Notes under the pieces: model-generated
The model's database searches: none
Seen by the model: the letters and a program-made list of their open reading frames with translations, nothing else
What the model was told of the DNA's origin: nothing
Shown here: positions 12,867 through 26,454 of the stretch, piece by piece
Layout of the letters: every line of letters begins with the position of its first letter
Position numbering within the stretch: position 1 is the first letter of the stretch
Translations under genes and position numbers: made by a program
NCBI GenBank assembly: GCA_012295275.1
Contig: CM022678.1
Location: forward strand, 15,872,001-15,936,000
DNA length: 64,000 nucleotides
DNA from: Chrysomallon squamiferum
Lineage: Eukaryota; Animalia; Mollusca
Direction: 5' to 3'

Positions 12867-14755
12867 TTTGAAGAATGTTTTAGAGTGATTACAAGCTGTG
12901 CATACTATCATTGCTATCTGCAGTATGAAACCAGACACACAAACTGTCAGTGTGATTACATCTGAGGATTAAAGACAATTACTAAAACCAATATTCATGA
13001 TACACCTGAATTAAACTTCTCAAAGAACACAGTGTTAAGGATCAAGTAAACCGTGGAGAATATTTTTGACAAACCAGTATTTTACAACTGTTGCTGTTTT
13101 ACTGAAATATAAGAAGACTAAAAATATTAAAATATGGAGAAATGGAATTTATTTTAAATCATTAATCTTGAATGTAAAGTAAATTATTAAATTAATATTA
13201 TATGTAACAAACTTTTTTATTAAAATATGTAATAACTGAAAGATATTAAATTATTTAGATTGTTGTATTATAAGAAAAAAATCTTTGACTTTGCACTCTT
13301 TGGCTTTAGTTAAAGAAAGCAATATAGTTTATTTTTAAAAACCATTTATTAAAAATATTTGTTTATTTTTAATTTAAATTTAACTTTTATTTAATACAAC
13401 TTATTAAGATATATGAAGATTGTAAATATTAAGAACTTATTAAATTTTGTTTAAAATATAACAATAATTTTAGATTAATTAAATTTAACTTGAATTTAAA
13501 AAGATATCTTACAGAGAAATATATCTTTGAAAACAGTAAAATATCAAGCATAAACTATACAAGATATGCAGTATTCAGTAATAATCATTGATATTTATCA
13601 AAGCAGATATTTATCTTAGTAAAATAAATTACAACTGAAAATATTAAAATATGCACATTATAGAGATGTTCTTGGCTATATGCTAACTTAGGCTTGTCAA
13701 ACACGTGGCCCTCTATTAGTTTCCCATAACCATTTTATGAAACCCGATTATTTTTTATATTTAAAATAATAATAATTTCAGCTTTTATTATTTTAACACC
13801 TTGCTTATTATTACTACAAAAAAAAAAAAAAAAAATAATCCTGTCTCCATCTTGTTAGAAAGAAATGTAAAAATTTATTTTCTGAATTAATAAATAATTC
13901 AATAAATAATAAGAATAATAATTTCAAAAAATAAAAATTTATGACTTACTGATTTTAAAACTCAGAATTATTAATAATATTTTTGTTGTTTTTAGAATAT
14001 ATGTATGTATATATGTATGTATATGTATGTATGTGTGTGTGTGTGTGTGCATGTGTGTGTGTACATATATGCATATAATATTCCAAAAACAATAAAAATA
14101 TTATTATAACTTGTTGAAGTTATCTACTGAATATATGACCAAAAAAACATTTTAAACGGCTACTTTATCCTTAACTAACATAAGAAGTCAATAGCGTGCT
14201 GACTTGAAGTTTCCAGATGAGTTGTTAACCTGGACTGAAATCTATATTTCTGAGATGTACTTCATACTTAGTAAACCAATCAACTTGATCAAAATGTTTC
14301 AGTATTCCCCACGCAGGTTACTACACTGCAACAATATCTTATAACTTGTTACATTTTTGAATTATTTCTCAATGGATTTGAAAATGTGTTCACTAAGAAG
14401 TGACACAGTATCTTGTAATTAATTATTTTTTAAATTGCTTCGTAGAGGAAAATGGATTTGAAAAAGTGTTGTTCGTTGAAAATTGCAGGACTGTATTTTA
14501 ATTATTAATTGTTTCATGTGGATTTCACAAAATGTTCTCCTGGAAATAAACCAATCTGGTAAACTATGTTTTAACTATGTTTTAACTATTTCACAGAGAA
14601 AACAGGATTTCAAAATGTGTTCATTTAGACAAGCAACTGTATCTCATAGCCAGTTATGTTATATAAAGTCATACACAGAGTATTTCAAGAACAGCAATAT
14701 CATGACTAGTTAATTTTTAAAATTATTTAATAGACAAAATTGTAAATTAATGCAT

Positions 14756-14848
14756 GGTGATTTCATAGATTATTGTTTAGAGATTTCATAAAACATTGCT
14801 TGGTGATTTCATAAAACATTGCCTGGTGATTTCATAAAAAGTTGCTCA
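14756..14848. repeat. 4 x 23-bp tandem repeat immediately 5' of the G3 ATG
   Basis: GGTGATTTCATAAAACATTGC(T/C)T-type unit repeated four times with variation. Confidence 0.85.
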
Positions 14849-14862
14849 GTAACCTGACAACA

Positions 14863-16190
14863 ATGGATGATTGTGAGAAAAGAGTGATGCATCAGTTTCG
14901 CCATCGACTGGCTAATGAACTTGTGGTCACAGAAAACTTTCTCAGTGCCTTCTGTGAGAAAAATGTGCTTGATGAAGAGATGGCAGCTATTATTAAGGTA
15001 ATAGTTTTTATAACATAGCTGAATATGTTAAAACAGTTCAATTAAAAACACATTTTTACTTATTATTGGTATATATGTGACAGGTCTTGTGTAGAACCTC
15101 CTAGAAAGATTTACTTTATCAGACAAAGTTTTATCTGAACTATTTTAAGAAATGATTATTTCTTCCTATATAAATATAGCCAAATCAGGCTTCCTTATAT
15201 TTTCAATGCTAGTTTGTCATATTTCAGGACATCTGAAGGCTTCAAAATAAATGTTAAAAGGTGGGGTGTCATGTGTAGTCCACAATACGAAAAAATAAAA
15301 ACAAAATCAAAAACAAAACAAACAAGAAAAACAACAAACACCTCACATTTTTAGAAAGAAATAACCTATGATAATACTGTTATCATAAGCATTTAAAAAA
15401 ATGTTTGTGCTCATTATTTAAATTTCAACCTTTTTCATGTTAATCTTCACATGTGGATATTTATATAGTTTTTTTTCTAATTTTCTTTACTGAGCTGAAT
15501 ATTCCTTCATGAACTGCATCATGATTATCTCCAAGACATTTCAGATATAAAAGTTCTTTCATTTCAAACATGTTCGAATGTTCAGTTTGTTAAGAAAATT
15601 TGATCACATATATACATTCTATTTCAGAATGAACCAAGCCTTGTATCGCGAGCTCACAGGTTGATAGACATTTTACTTCGTCGTGGTTCCAAAATGTTCA
15701 CAATTCTGCTGGACCTGCTACGCATCACAAACCCCTGGCTGGCCGAGAAAATGAAAATGTGTTACATAGAGGAGAAGAACAGAGAGACAAAGCTACGCAT
15801 ACAGTCACATGTTACTTCAGCAGGTGGGTCATCTGTTTTATTAGCTTTTTTAATTATTATTTTATTTATTTTGTTAATTTGTGTTGTTATTATTATTATT
15901 ATTATTCAAAATTTGTTTTTAATTTATTACATTCTTAATGATTTTGTCAACAGAAGTGTAAAACTGAGCACATAGCTACTTAGCACAACCTACTCAGTCT
16001 GTCAAGTTTATTTTATTTTTCTTTCTTGCTATCAAAATAAAAATAATAATTATTATTACTACTATTATTACTATTATTATTTTTATTGTTGTTGTTATTA
16101 TTATTTTTATTACTATCGTAATTATTATCATCTTTATCCCTTTTTTCATCTTTCTTTTTATTAATATCATAATTATTATCATCTTTATAA

Positions 16191-16226
<36 letters not shown>

Positions 16227-17793
16227 AATTTCTCATCATCATTAGTCTTTACTGAATGGATTTGACCATGGTCTCACTCAGTATTTTTGAGGGACATTAA
16301 GAACTTACTGGTTTAATTAAACGCTCCTCAAATTTGTCAGTGTTCCTCAGAACTGTGGTGACACCCTAGTCAGACCCATGCAATAACTGTCACTTATTCG
16401 ACAGCCTCCATTGAAGGAATCGGAGCAGTACGACACATCGACGATGACATCAAAGACAGGGTAACTCACTACATCGACGGCAACTTCGCACATCTTTCAA
16501 TCAACGACCAGCGAAGTCTAGAGAAGTGGGTGTCGGAGGAGGTTCAGCGTGAACGTCGGCGACACAACAATCGCAACAGAGGTTTCATCATGAAGGATGA
16601 TGGTGTAGGGATCCCGGTTCAGATTATAATGAACAGCAAGGAAATACAGACTGACACAACCATGAACGATTTACAGGTAAGAAAATGTGACTGATTTTTT
16701 TTCAGATAAGATGATAGGTAAGTGAGGTAACATATTTCAGAGAGAGCTATAAGTATTTTATGTTTCCAGGAAATAATCTTAAACGTTTTTGTTGGATTAG
16801 CATAAAGAGTTGAATGGTAAAGATTTTGGAATGTAAATTACAGTAATATTATTATGTTCATTTTGGCTTTTTACTTTTCTTTTTTCTTTCTTATTTATTT
16901 TCATTTATTATTATTATTATCATTTTTTATATATATATTTTTTTATTAATTAAAGAATAGGTTTCAAAAAAAAAAAAAAAAAATATATGGCATATAAATT
17001 AATCATTTTTGTGAATTTATAACTTTCTTATATTTGGAATGATCAGTTTACTTAGAATCAACTAAGGATGATATAGGTGTGTTCAGCTTTTATTTGTTTT
17101 TCTCTTTTTAACCAACAGGAATTATATGAAGATCTAGCTATAACCCTTCAAGGAACAGAATTTGATCAGGACACGGACGTCAGCTTCACACTCATCAAAG
17201 AGCAGATAGCAGAGATACTTGACCGCAATAACAAGATGGACCAGATGTTCATGCAATGTCTTGACCGCTTTGATGACTACAATGACCGCTTCCGCCTGCC
17301 TCTTCCGGACCTGATTGACCAGCTGGTCATCAAGGAGAGAGAGGCACAGCTGTCGCTGACAGAAGAAAACAGAGTCAAACAGAAGATTATCATCGAGCGA
17401 GACTTTCTGGAGAAGCAGCTGAATAACCTGGAGGCGGAATTTGACAATCTAATGGAAAAACACAGACACATTATGGTCAAGTCTCAAAGAATTCCTCTTC
17501 GCAGGCGCCAGGATACCAAGTACCTGCAGGTTAATGATAAAAACCAGACTCTTCCTGACAACCAGGACATCAGTATAGGAACAGAGGACTCGTTTTCTCC
17601 AACCAGGAACAGAACTGCGACGTCACGGTACAGAACTAACCCTGCTACACGCTCGCCTGCAAAGCCTAGATGGGCGCAGAGTTCTCAAGGCAACATCAAA
17701 GTTCAGAAGTCATCATTTGAAACTTTAAAACCTGAGACGTCACAATCAAAGTTAAGAAAACCTAAAGTATATACCCTGAAACATACTTCATAA
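14863..17793 (+). CDS. G3: CARD, shared core, coiled coil and disordered tail, about 425 aa, 4 coding exons
   Basis: Exons 14863-14997, 15628-15823, 16405-16676 and 17119-17793 have GT-AG ends and consistent phases (0,1,0). The spliced N-terminus MDDCEKRVMHQFRHRLANELVVTENFLSAFCEKNVLDEEMAAIIK/NEPSLVSRAHRLIDILLRRGSKMFTILLDLLRITNPWLAEKM matches the CARD six-helix pattern (R..L..EL, LID.L.RRG...F..LL..L..T.PWLA). Confidence 0.85.
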
Positions 17794-20174
17794 CTTTCAA
17801 AACTTTTGTTTTTGACTTCTTCTTTATTATTATTATTATTATTATCATTATCTAAATTTTTTTTTCTTTTTCTTTTTTTAGATATTCTAATATTGCATCA
17901 CTTATATTTATTAAACATTTCTAAGAAAGAAATGAAATGAACTTTTTAACAAATTATGCTCAAATCTAAATAGTCAGATAAAAATGTGATATAAAATGTT
18001 AATTTTGTTTTAACGCAACATTCAGCATATGGATTGATGGATTTTAGTCAGACTCAACTGGTTTGGTTACTTGTTTCTAATTTAAGCTAAGTTCATGTGC
18101 TGGATTAAGCCATGGATTTATTCTAGATTGGAATGGATTTATACCTTTAATGATCCACAGGTTTTTATGATGATTAAAAAGAGAGAATATATAAAACTAT
18201 TCCAATACAAGAATTTGTTTTCAGAAGGACGGAATTTGAAATAATAATTCTACATCATTAAGAAAAGAAACAAAAAGAAAAATTATCAAAAATATATGTT
18301 TCTGTTTACTAACAAGACTTGGATATTGAACAATTTGTTATTTTTCTGTTTCTGGAAGAGTTTATGAAACTTCTAACAAAGCTACATTAGTATTATTAAT
18401 TGTCATTTCCTATTGAAGACATGCTTGCATATATCAATATATGTACTGAGAGATCTTTACAAAAGTCCCACTGAACAAATAACAAATTGAACACTCTGTC
18501 AGCAAATGTATGAGTGTGAGTGAATACACCACTGTCAGTAAACACTTAGCTGTTAAGCAATTCACCAATAAAAGTCAAACACACAGGGACTATGCCGGTA
18601 AATAAACCACGAGAGTTGTAAAACAGCCTTATAATTCTTTAACACGAGGGCAGTTAATTTGTCGACTCACTTTGTGTGCAGGACAAATGTGAATCTCTGC
18701 CTGTTATTCAACAAGTGAATCCATGAAAGGCAAGTGACAGATACCATAATTCTCTTTTCTATTGAAAACACAAGCAGCATTAGAAAAGCGTATTGCCAGG
18801 ACAACGAGAAACAAAAGACTGGCTGAAAACAGAAGGAGGTTTGACGGGTGGGCACTGCAAACTCACTCAGCTGTCCCTGTACCTGCAGGGATATATTTCA
18901 GCTTCATTTACACAGATTTGACAAAGATCAAAAGCCGACATAGATATTCAAATGTAACATGGTGAACAGTGAATTTCATAATAATGGAATTTTTACTAAT
19001 CCAGCTTAGTTGGAATTTCAGACGTTTTCTTAACCTGTAGTGCCATGGATTTATGATGAGAACTTTTGCTTTTTTACTTACAATGTCTTAGATACCAAAC
19101 TTGGTGACACATCTGACAAAATAATTTCTTTTTCCTAAAAAATGTCTTGGATACTGAAACATTTGTAATCTTTCTTCATCTGGAAGAGATTATAAAACTT
19201 CTCACAAACTGATATTTAATATTAAAAGAACTCGAAAATAAAATAATGGAATTTATTCAGTAACATATTACTTTTTGTAACTTACTAATTAAAAATCTAA
19301 ATGAAACAGACAGTGGAATGAATGTTAACATTATATTTCAAGTGTAAATCTAATTGTGCTTGGGACTCATCCATATGATTAGAAAATAGTTTTAGTTTTA
19401 ACTGCCATCATCAGGCTGTGTGTATGTCCATTAAACTGTGAGTTACTGAAAAAAGTGTTTTAAAGAACAGATTCATCAAACGAGTAAATTAATCTTCAAT
19501 AACTGATTTTCAAACACAAACAGTGTGAGCAAATCCTGTAAAAAAGAAGGATATCACAAGACATAAAGTATGAAACATTCAACAACTGAAGTTGAAGACT
19601 AAGTTTAATATGCTTCGTTTAATATTGTTCTAGGAGGAATTCAATTTATTATTTTTATAACAGGTAAGAATTTTGTTATATTAGATTTATATAATTAAGC
19701 AATCAAATGAGTAAACATAATATATTTTTAATGTAAATAGATTACAAATCACTGGACTAGACAAATTAGGAACAAAATAACAATAATAATAATAATAAGT
19801 ATCTATTTAAAGGGGGATGAAAACTTTTATTGTTATTAAATTGTATACATATATTCTTATATGCATATAATATATATATATACATACACACACACACACA
19901 CATATATATAGTTTACTGATATCTTGACAGATAGGTTATATTTTCTTTAAGTAGACTTCATGTGTGTCAAATCACACAGAAGCAATCTTGTCTCAAAAGT
20001 AAACACTTTCAACCTTTTATCAAAATAGCTGACATTTTTATTCAAGCAAATATGCAATAACTTATAAAATATTATCACACTCATCCTCATGTTATAGGTC
20101 ATATATTTATTTATAGACTGCTCCTATTATGTTATATTACATTGTTAATGCAGGACACCTGAGATAAAGGAAAC

Positions 20175-20896
20175 ATGGACCCCAGAAAACAGGCCACTCT
20201 GCTTAATTACCACAAGGCCATACAAGATAGTGTGGATATTTACAAAATTTGGCCTGATATGGAATCTTTGTTTACAGAAAAGGAAAAACGTTCAATACAG
20301 GTAAAAATAGTCACTTTATTTTAAGTGTATTCTTGGTAACATATACAAATATTTCAAAATTAAGAAACTATTGGTATTTTTTAAAAATATATTTTAATAT
20401 TTCCAAAAATATTGGGGATTTTGTTGCAAATGTCAGGTCTTAAAAATAAAGCCTAACAATAAACTAATGAGAAAGAGAAAAGGCTCACTTTGCAGAACAG
20501 ATTATTCTCATTTTTATTTGCATTTACAATACAATTAACAAAAATGACAACAATCAATAAAAAACCCCAAAATAAAACAGAAACATTTTTTATTATTAGC
20601 AAAAACTGGTAAGCAGTTTCAAATAAAGAGTTATTTAAACTGTATGCATGTAAATTCTGATAAAATAAAAAAATATGCCAGTTTCTGTCACTTCCTTCTG
20701 TCAACAGTATTTGAATCCTTTTTTTTTGCAACATTTTTCTCAGTTATGAGTAAATTCTGTATTCTACATTAACACAGTAGTGGTATATTTAAATCTGTTA
20801 TTGTAATGATTTATTAATAGTAATAATGAGAGACTGCTTAATGAGTCATTTATCTCTTTATCTTTATAGCTATCTCTCTAGCCATCCACCTGCCCC

Positions 20897-20929
<33 letters not shown>

Positions 20930-22846
20930 AGTCTATCTGTATCTTTTTATATTATTTCTATTTCTTTCTGTTTGTCATTCTATCACTCTATTACCTATCT
21001 TATATACCTACCTATATAATATCTAAGTATGTACCAGCCTATCTACCTAACTGCCTGCCTGCCTATTTGTTTATTTATATATATCTTCCTACTTGCTTAA
21101 CTATCTATATAATCTGTCTTTCTGCATATCTGTTAATCTACAAATCTGTTTATCTATCTACCTATTTATAATCTATCTACTTTTCTATGAACCTATCTAT
21201 CTATCTATCTACCTATCCATATAATCTATCTTCCTACTTATCTATCTCTCTACCTACCTACAAACTATCTCTAGCTAATCTATAAGAATATAATCTTCTT
21301 ATCTATCTATTTATCTGTCATTCTACCTATCTGTATATTACTACCTTCCCTTCTATATTCTATCTTTCTCCTATTCTAAGTACCTACATACGTACCTTCC
21401 TACCCTCTCTCTCTCTCTACCTACCTACCTACCTCTCCCTCTCTCTCTCTCTCTCTAAATTTTGAGGTGTTATTTGTTGTAATCAGAGTCAGCAAGGAAA
21501 GGAGGAGATGAGGAAGTTTATAGAAGTACTGATAACTAAGGAAGACAAGGCATTCGACACTCTGATACATGTACTACGTCGAAACTACCGCTGGCTCTCC
21601 ACTCGACTACGACAAGGGCTCAAAGATGAGGAGAGAAGAGTTCTTCAAGCAGAAAAAGGTTTTGTGTTTATAGTATAACTCAATCCCTCCACCCCAAACT
21701 CTAAAATCTCTGCTCTATATAAATATTTTTATCTATTTATCATGATAAGTATTATTAGTATGAAAGAAAGCTCTGAAACAGTTTTAGTTTGTTCAGGTTA
21801 AAAAAAGTAATAATATGAAAGAATGAATTTGACTTAAAAAATATTATATCTAACAAGATCTTAATCCATCATAGCCAGGTAGATTGATGTACTTTGATTA
21901 TTTTGATCTAGATATACATTATGAATGTAATCTTATTCTTATCATAATTTTAGTGTATATATATATATTTTTTTTTCACTTTTAAATTAAATCAGTGTGG
22001 GAAAACAAAATGCGATGATAAAAAATAAATGAAAGCATTGGTTTACCTTCCATTTAAATTTTTTCCTTTCTTTAAGATTGTCATTTTTCAAAATCTGTTA
22101 AGCTTTGAACAAAAATGATTATTTTCTCATTCTGAATTAGCTTTTTTTCTTCTTTTTTTTAGTTAATGTGTATGTGTGACTTTTCTCATCTAATTTTTTA
22201 TTTTATCATCCAGCTTTATTTCTATTTTGCTTACAACTAAATCATAGAATAGTTATGATGATTTTAAGACAACCAATAATCTGTTTTAATAGAAAAGCAA
22301 TGACCTCCAAACAGCTACATTATATGTGTGTATGGGTGTGGGTGGGTGGATGCATGACTGTACATGTGTGTGTGCATACTTGTGTTTAATGTATGCATTA
22401 TAGTCACTAGAACAAAAAGTTTTTGAATAACAAAGAAAAAAAGAAAGGATTTATTACTTTTTAAAACCGTCAAGTAAATTTCTGTTTTATTTCTCACTGC
22501 CTTATTGTTTTATTTGACTAGGCATTCGACAGAAGATAACACTAGCCCTTCTAACAGCGAGGATCTCCGAGCGGCAGAAAGAGGAGATAACTATGCGAGT
22601 GTCTCACGTGATGAAGCAAGAGCTGAATGACCGGGCCCTGCGGGTCAGTATTCCTGACCACGAGGCAGCAGCGGAGCTGGAGAGTGCCAACAAGAGACTG
22701 AAGAAAATTATCAACGAGGAGCTGGATCCAATGCTTTATGGAAGAAGTAAACAGTTTAATTTCAAATTATCATTCTGATGCACTAGTTCAAATCATATGC
22801 CTTGTTCATATGTACTGACTGGTGTGTTTTTAGGTTTATAATTATT

Positions 22847-22894
<48 letters not shown>

Positions 22895-24650
22895 TGAGGG
22901 CTTTGAAGGTGTGGATATTTGAATACTTGTTAATATGCCTATTCTTTCCAATTTCAACCATATGTTTATCAAACAATGTTTTTTTCTGCCTACGGGGAAA
23001 GTACACATTCCATGATTATTTAATCACTCTAGAGAGGTGCTAGTGGCTTGGTTCTCTTACAAAATAATAAGTGTAATACCAAAATGTCAACTGTCATTAT
23101 ACAGTTGTATTGTTGGATTTTTTTTTAAAATTGTATTAATGTATTTAATTTGTTATTGTAAATAAATATTTAACTGTTATCTCTTTATGTGCATAGAACA
23201 GACATGTAGAATAGACTCATTAAGTTTAACATTTAACAAATATAATATTTAATAAATGTTAAAAACAAACATTTCTTTAAAACAAAAATATGTTAAGGGA
23301 GAACTTAATTTTGTTTCTTTTGTTTACAAAGATATATAATCAAAACAATTGTCAAACTTGTGTACTTATTAATTAGACTGTTTTGTTTTGCTAGTTCACG
23401 AGACAGACCTGTCAAACAGTGAGATAGATGAAGCCATTAAGAAGCTACATACCATGCTGGTTGAGATGAATGTCATACAAGACGTCTATGACAAAATGGG
23501 CTTACACACGGTTCATGGTGGAAGCAGACACATGCCATACTTACTGCGACAGAAGATTGAAGAGACTCTGACAAAAATCATTCTACTGGAGAAAGAGAAA
23601 AAAGAACTGGCTAAAGAGAAAGCTGAGCTATCGAGAGAAAAGAATGAACAGCATCAGGAGCTGACCAGCCTGGAAACAGAGAACCGAAGTCTTGAACTGC
23701 AAAACCAAAATCTCAGTTCCGACAGAGAGAAGCTAGAGGAAGCTGTAAGGAAGACGTCAATACTCCGCGACAGTCTTGAGATTGAAAGAAGAAAGCTTGA
23801 AGACCAAAACGTCTGGATGGAATCGATGCTGGATAACTTGGAAGGTGAAAACCAAAACTATGTACTCAAAAACAAGAGACTGCTTGAAATCAATCAGAAG
23901 CTCACGAGAGATATACAGAAGATAGCCGGAGAGAACGAACAGCTCAGACGAGAAATACAAGCTTACTACAGCAATGATGGAAGAATCAAACTGCAGCATG
24001 ACAACAAAATGTTAGCTGAAGCAAACACCAAACTGAACGCTGAGCTTGGAAGAGTTGACAGTGAGAAACGTCAGCTGATGATAAAGAATCAGAAAATGGA
24101 ATATGAAAATGAAAGCCTGAAAGAACAGAAGAGAAGGCTGTTGATAGAGAAACGTAAATACTGGCAAGAAAATCAGTTCCTGAAAACAGAGGCCAAGAGA
24201 TTGGCTGTTGGCAGATGTCAGGCTGATAAGCTACCAGCTATCAAAGATCTCAGTCGAAGTCGAATGAGTGTAAGATTTTCTGATTCATACGACAACATGG
24301 AAGATGGTAAAAAATCAGCCAGATCTCGCAGGTCTTCCAGAAGTAACAAAAGTACAACACCAGGTGGCAGAATGTCGAGCAGACGTCGCTCGCCCAGTCC
24401 AGTTGACAGGAAGACCAACGCAACACCGACATCAGTGAGAAATGGAAGTGACCAAAAACGCACCAAGAGCTTGGACTCGACCAGAACCAACTCTTTTCAC
24501 AATGCTGCAAACGGACAACGGTCAAGAGAAGAAAGCAAACAGGATGTGGACGAGAGAAACGAGTCAAAGAGACGAGCATCGGTGTACGACTACAGAAGAG
24601 CAGTAGAGCATCATAACAAATACTCTGTGAGGAAGACGTATCTTGCATAA
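20175..24650 (+). CDS. G4: CARD, shared core, long coiled coil and basic S/R-rich tail, about 592 aa, 4 coding exons
   Basis: Exons 20175-20300, 21487-21658, 22522-22746 and 23395-24650 have GT-AG ends and phases 0,1,1. The N-terminus MDPRKQATLLNYHKAIQDSVDIYKIWPDMESLFTEKEKRSIQ/SQQGKEEMRKFIEVLITKEDKAFDTLIHVLRRNYRWLSTRL resembles a divergent Apaf-1-type CARD. A 5' UTR intron spans 19664-20153. Confidence 0.8.
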
Positions 24651-24760
24651 ACACCTTGTTCAGTGGGAAATTATTTCTGTATCTTTGCTCACATAGTTAA
24701 ATAGACAAATACAATTAAGATCATAAATATGTATGTAAAGATGTACCAAATAACACACAT

Positions 24761-24810
<50 letters not shown>

Positions 24811-26374
24811 ACATATGTACAAGTATTGATAACACACTTTAAGGCCTACAAATACATACAATATATCTGTAATGATATAATAAATGAAACACACACACAA
24901 ACACTCACACACACACAGACAGACAGACACACACACACATACACACACACCACAAACAAAAACAAACATATACAAATAACCCTTTCACTCATATTTACAA
25001 ATTAGTGACTAATTTTAAGTCAAATAATGTCATCTGTCATAATAAAGTGTTTGTCTGTAACATGTTACAGTTCATTTATTCAGTAGAAGAATGACTCAAA
25101 GCACAATTATAATATTACATAACACCCATAATATTTATACCAGACTGTAGGTGTCAGCTAAACAAATTTATTTTTAATATGAACAGATTTTATATATAAA
25201 TTATGTATTTATAATTTATTATTGATTTATTATTAGTATCATACTCAGAAATTAGTAGTGACAGATTACTAAAAAAAAATTAAAACATGCATCAGATTCA
25301 TCTGTGATTAACACAATTCTGCTTAATACAATATTAAATATTGTTGAAAAACTAATGTTATGATTCACTATATCTAATATGCAGCTTATGATAAAATTAT
25401 AGTAATGTTTCTGCACACATCATTTAGTTCTGTTTGATAAAATAATTTAGTAAAATTATTTAATATAAAGTTATAACTGAAACAAAACTGGCACTAACTA
25501 CTGATTTTTATTGTCTAGAATGCTAAATGTAGTCACCAGGATATAGAGAATATATAAAAAATGGGATACATGCTCATGATAATATAACTTTCAGTAACAA
25601 ATTAATTTTATTATAATTAAAAAAAAGATAAAAAAGAGAAGAAAAACACATTATATAAAATAAGAATTCATTTACAAAATTATTAAACATTATGAATATT
25701 TAAAAAAAATAATAATAATAATGGCAAAAAAGAAAATTTCATTTCATACCTAGAATTTTAAATACATTTTGAATATAATTGGGGTTTGATTATTTATACT
25801 TTTTTCAGACTAACAAATAAATGAAAAAAGTTAATAAATTTAATTCACTATTGGCAAAAAGGAATTAATACAGCATTTTAATATTTATTATGAACATACT
25901 TATACAGCAGGTTATGAAATAAAAACTATGGAATTTAAATAATAGTTTTAATTTATTTAATTTATTTTATTTCTTTAAATATGAAATTTTAATAACTGTT
26001 TTAATATATTTTATTTCTTTTTTTATATATATATATATATAATTAAAAAATAATAATAATTTACTTAATTATTCTCTTGAAATGTTGTCAGAATGAAAAT
26101 TTCAAAAATTTAAAATTTTAAAAAAGCAATGGAAGTACAATTATGCACCAGAGAGTAGTATATATTTTTTAATATAGATAATTTACATAGATTAACTGTG
26201 ATATATCCATGTGCCAAACTGTGTAAATTGTATTAGTGAATAAAAGCAATATTAAATTATTTTTGTTTTTCTTATTTTTAACATGTGTGTATATGTGTGT
26301 GTGTGTGTACCTATATATATATATATATATATGTATGTATACAATTTTTATTTTTATTTAAACAGTTTGATCAT

Positions 26375-26454
<80 letters not shown>

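Noticed and set aside
12282-12965. Overlapping repetitive ORFs (FSNPTLQ../FQTPPY..) and CRISPR-like appearance
   Set aside because: Minisatellite open in several frames; no unique spacers, no cas genes, eukaryotic context.
13690-13725. hAT/Charlie-like terminal sequence (taggcttgtcaaacacgtggccc); a similar hint near 62025-62060
   Set aside because: No matching second TIR or target duplication could be located.
18560-18965. Moderately GC-rich segment with two short ORFs between G3 and G4
   Set aside because: No coherent splice phases or homology; likely UTR or a repeat remnant.
23757-24654. Antisense ORFs overlapping G4 (and similar ones over G1, G2 and G3)
   Set aside because: Expected shadow ORFs of coding sequence with no independent signals.
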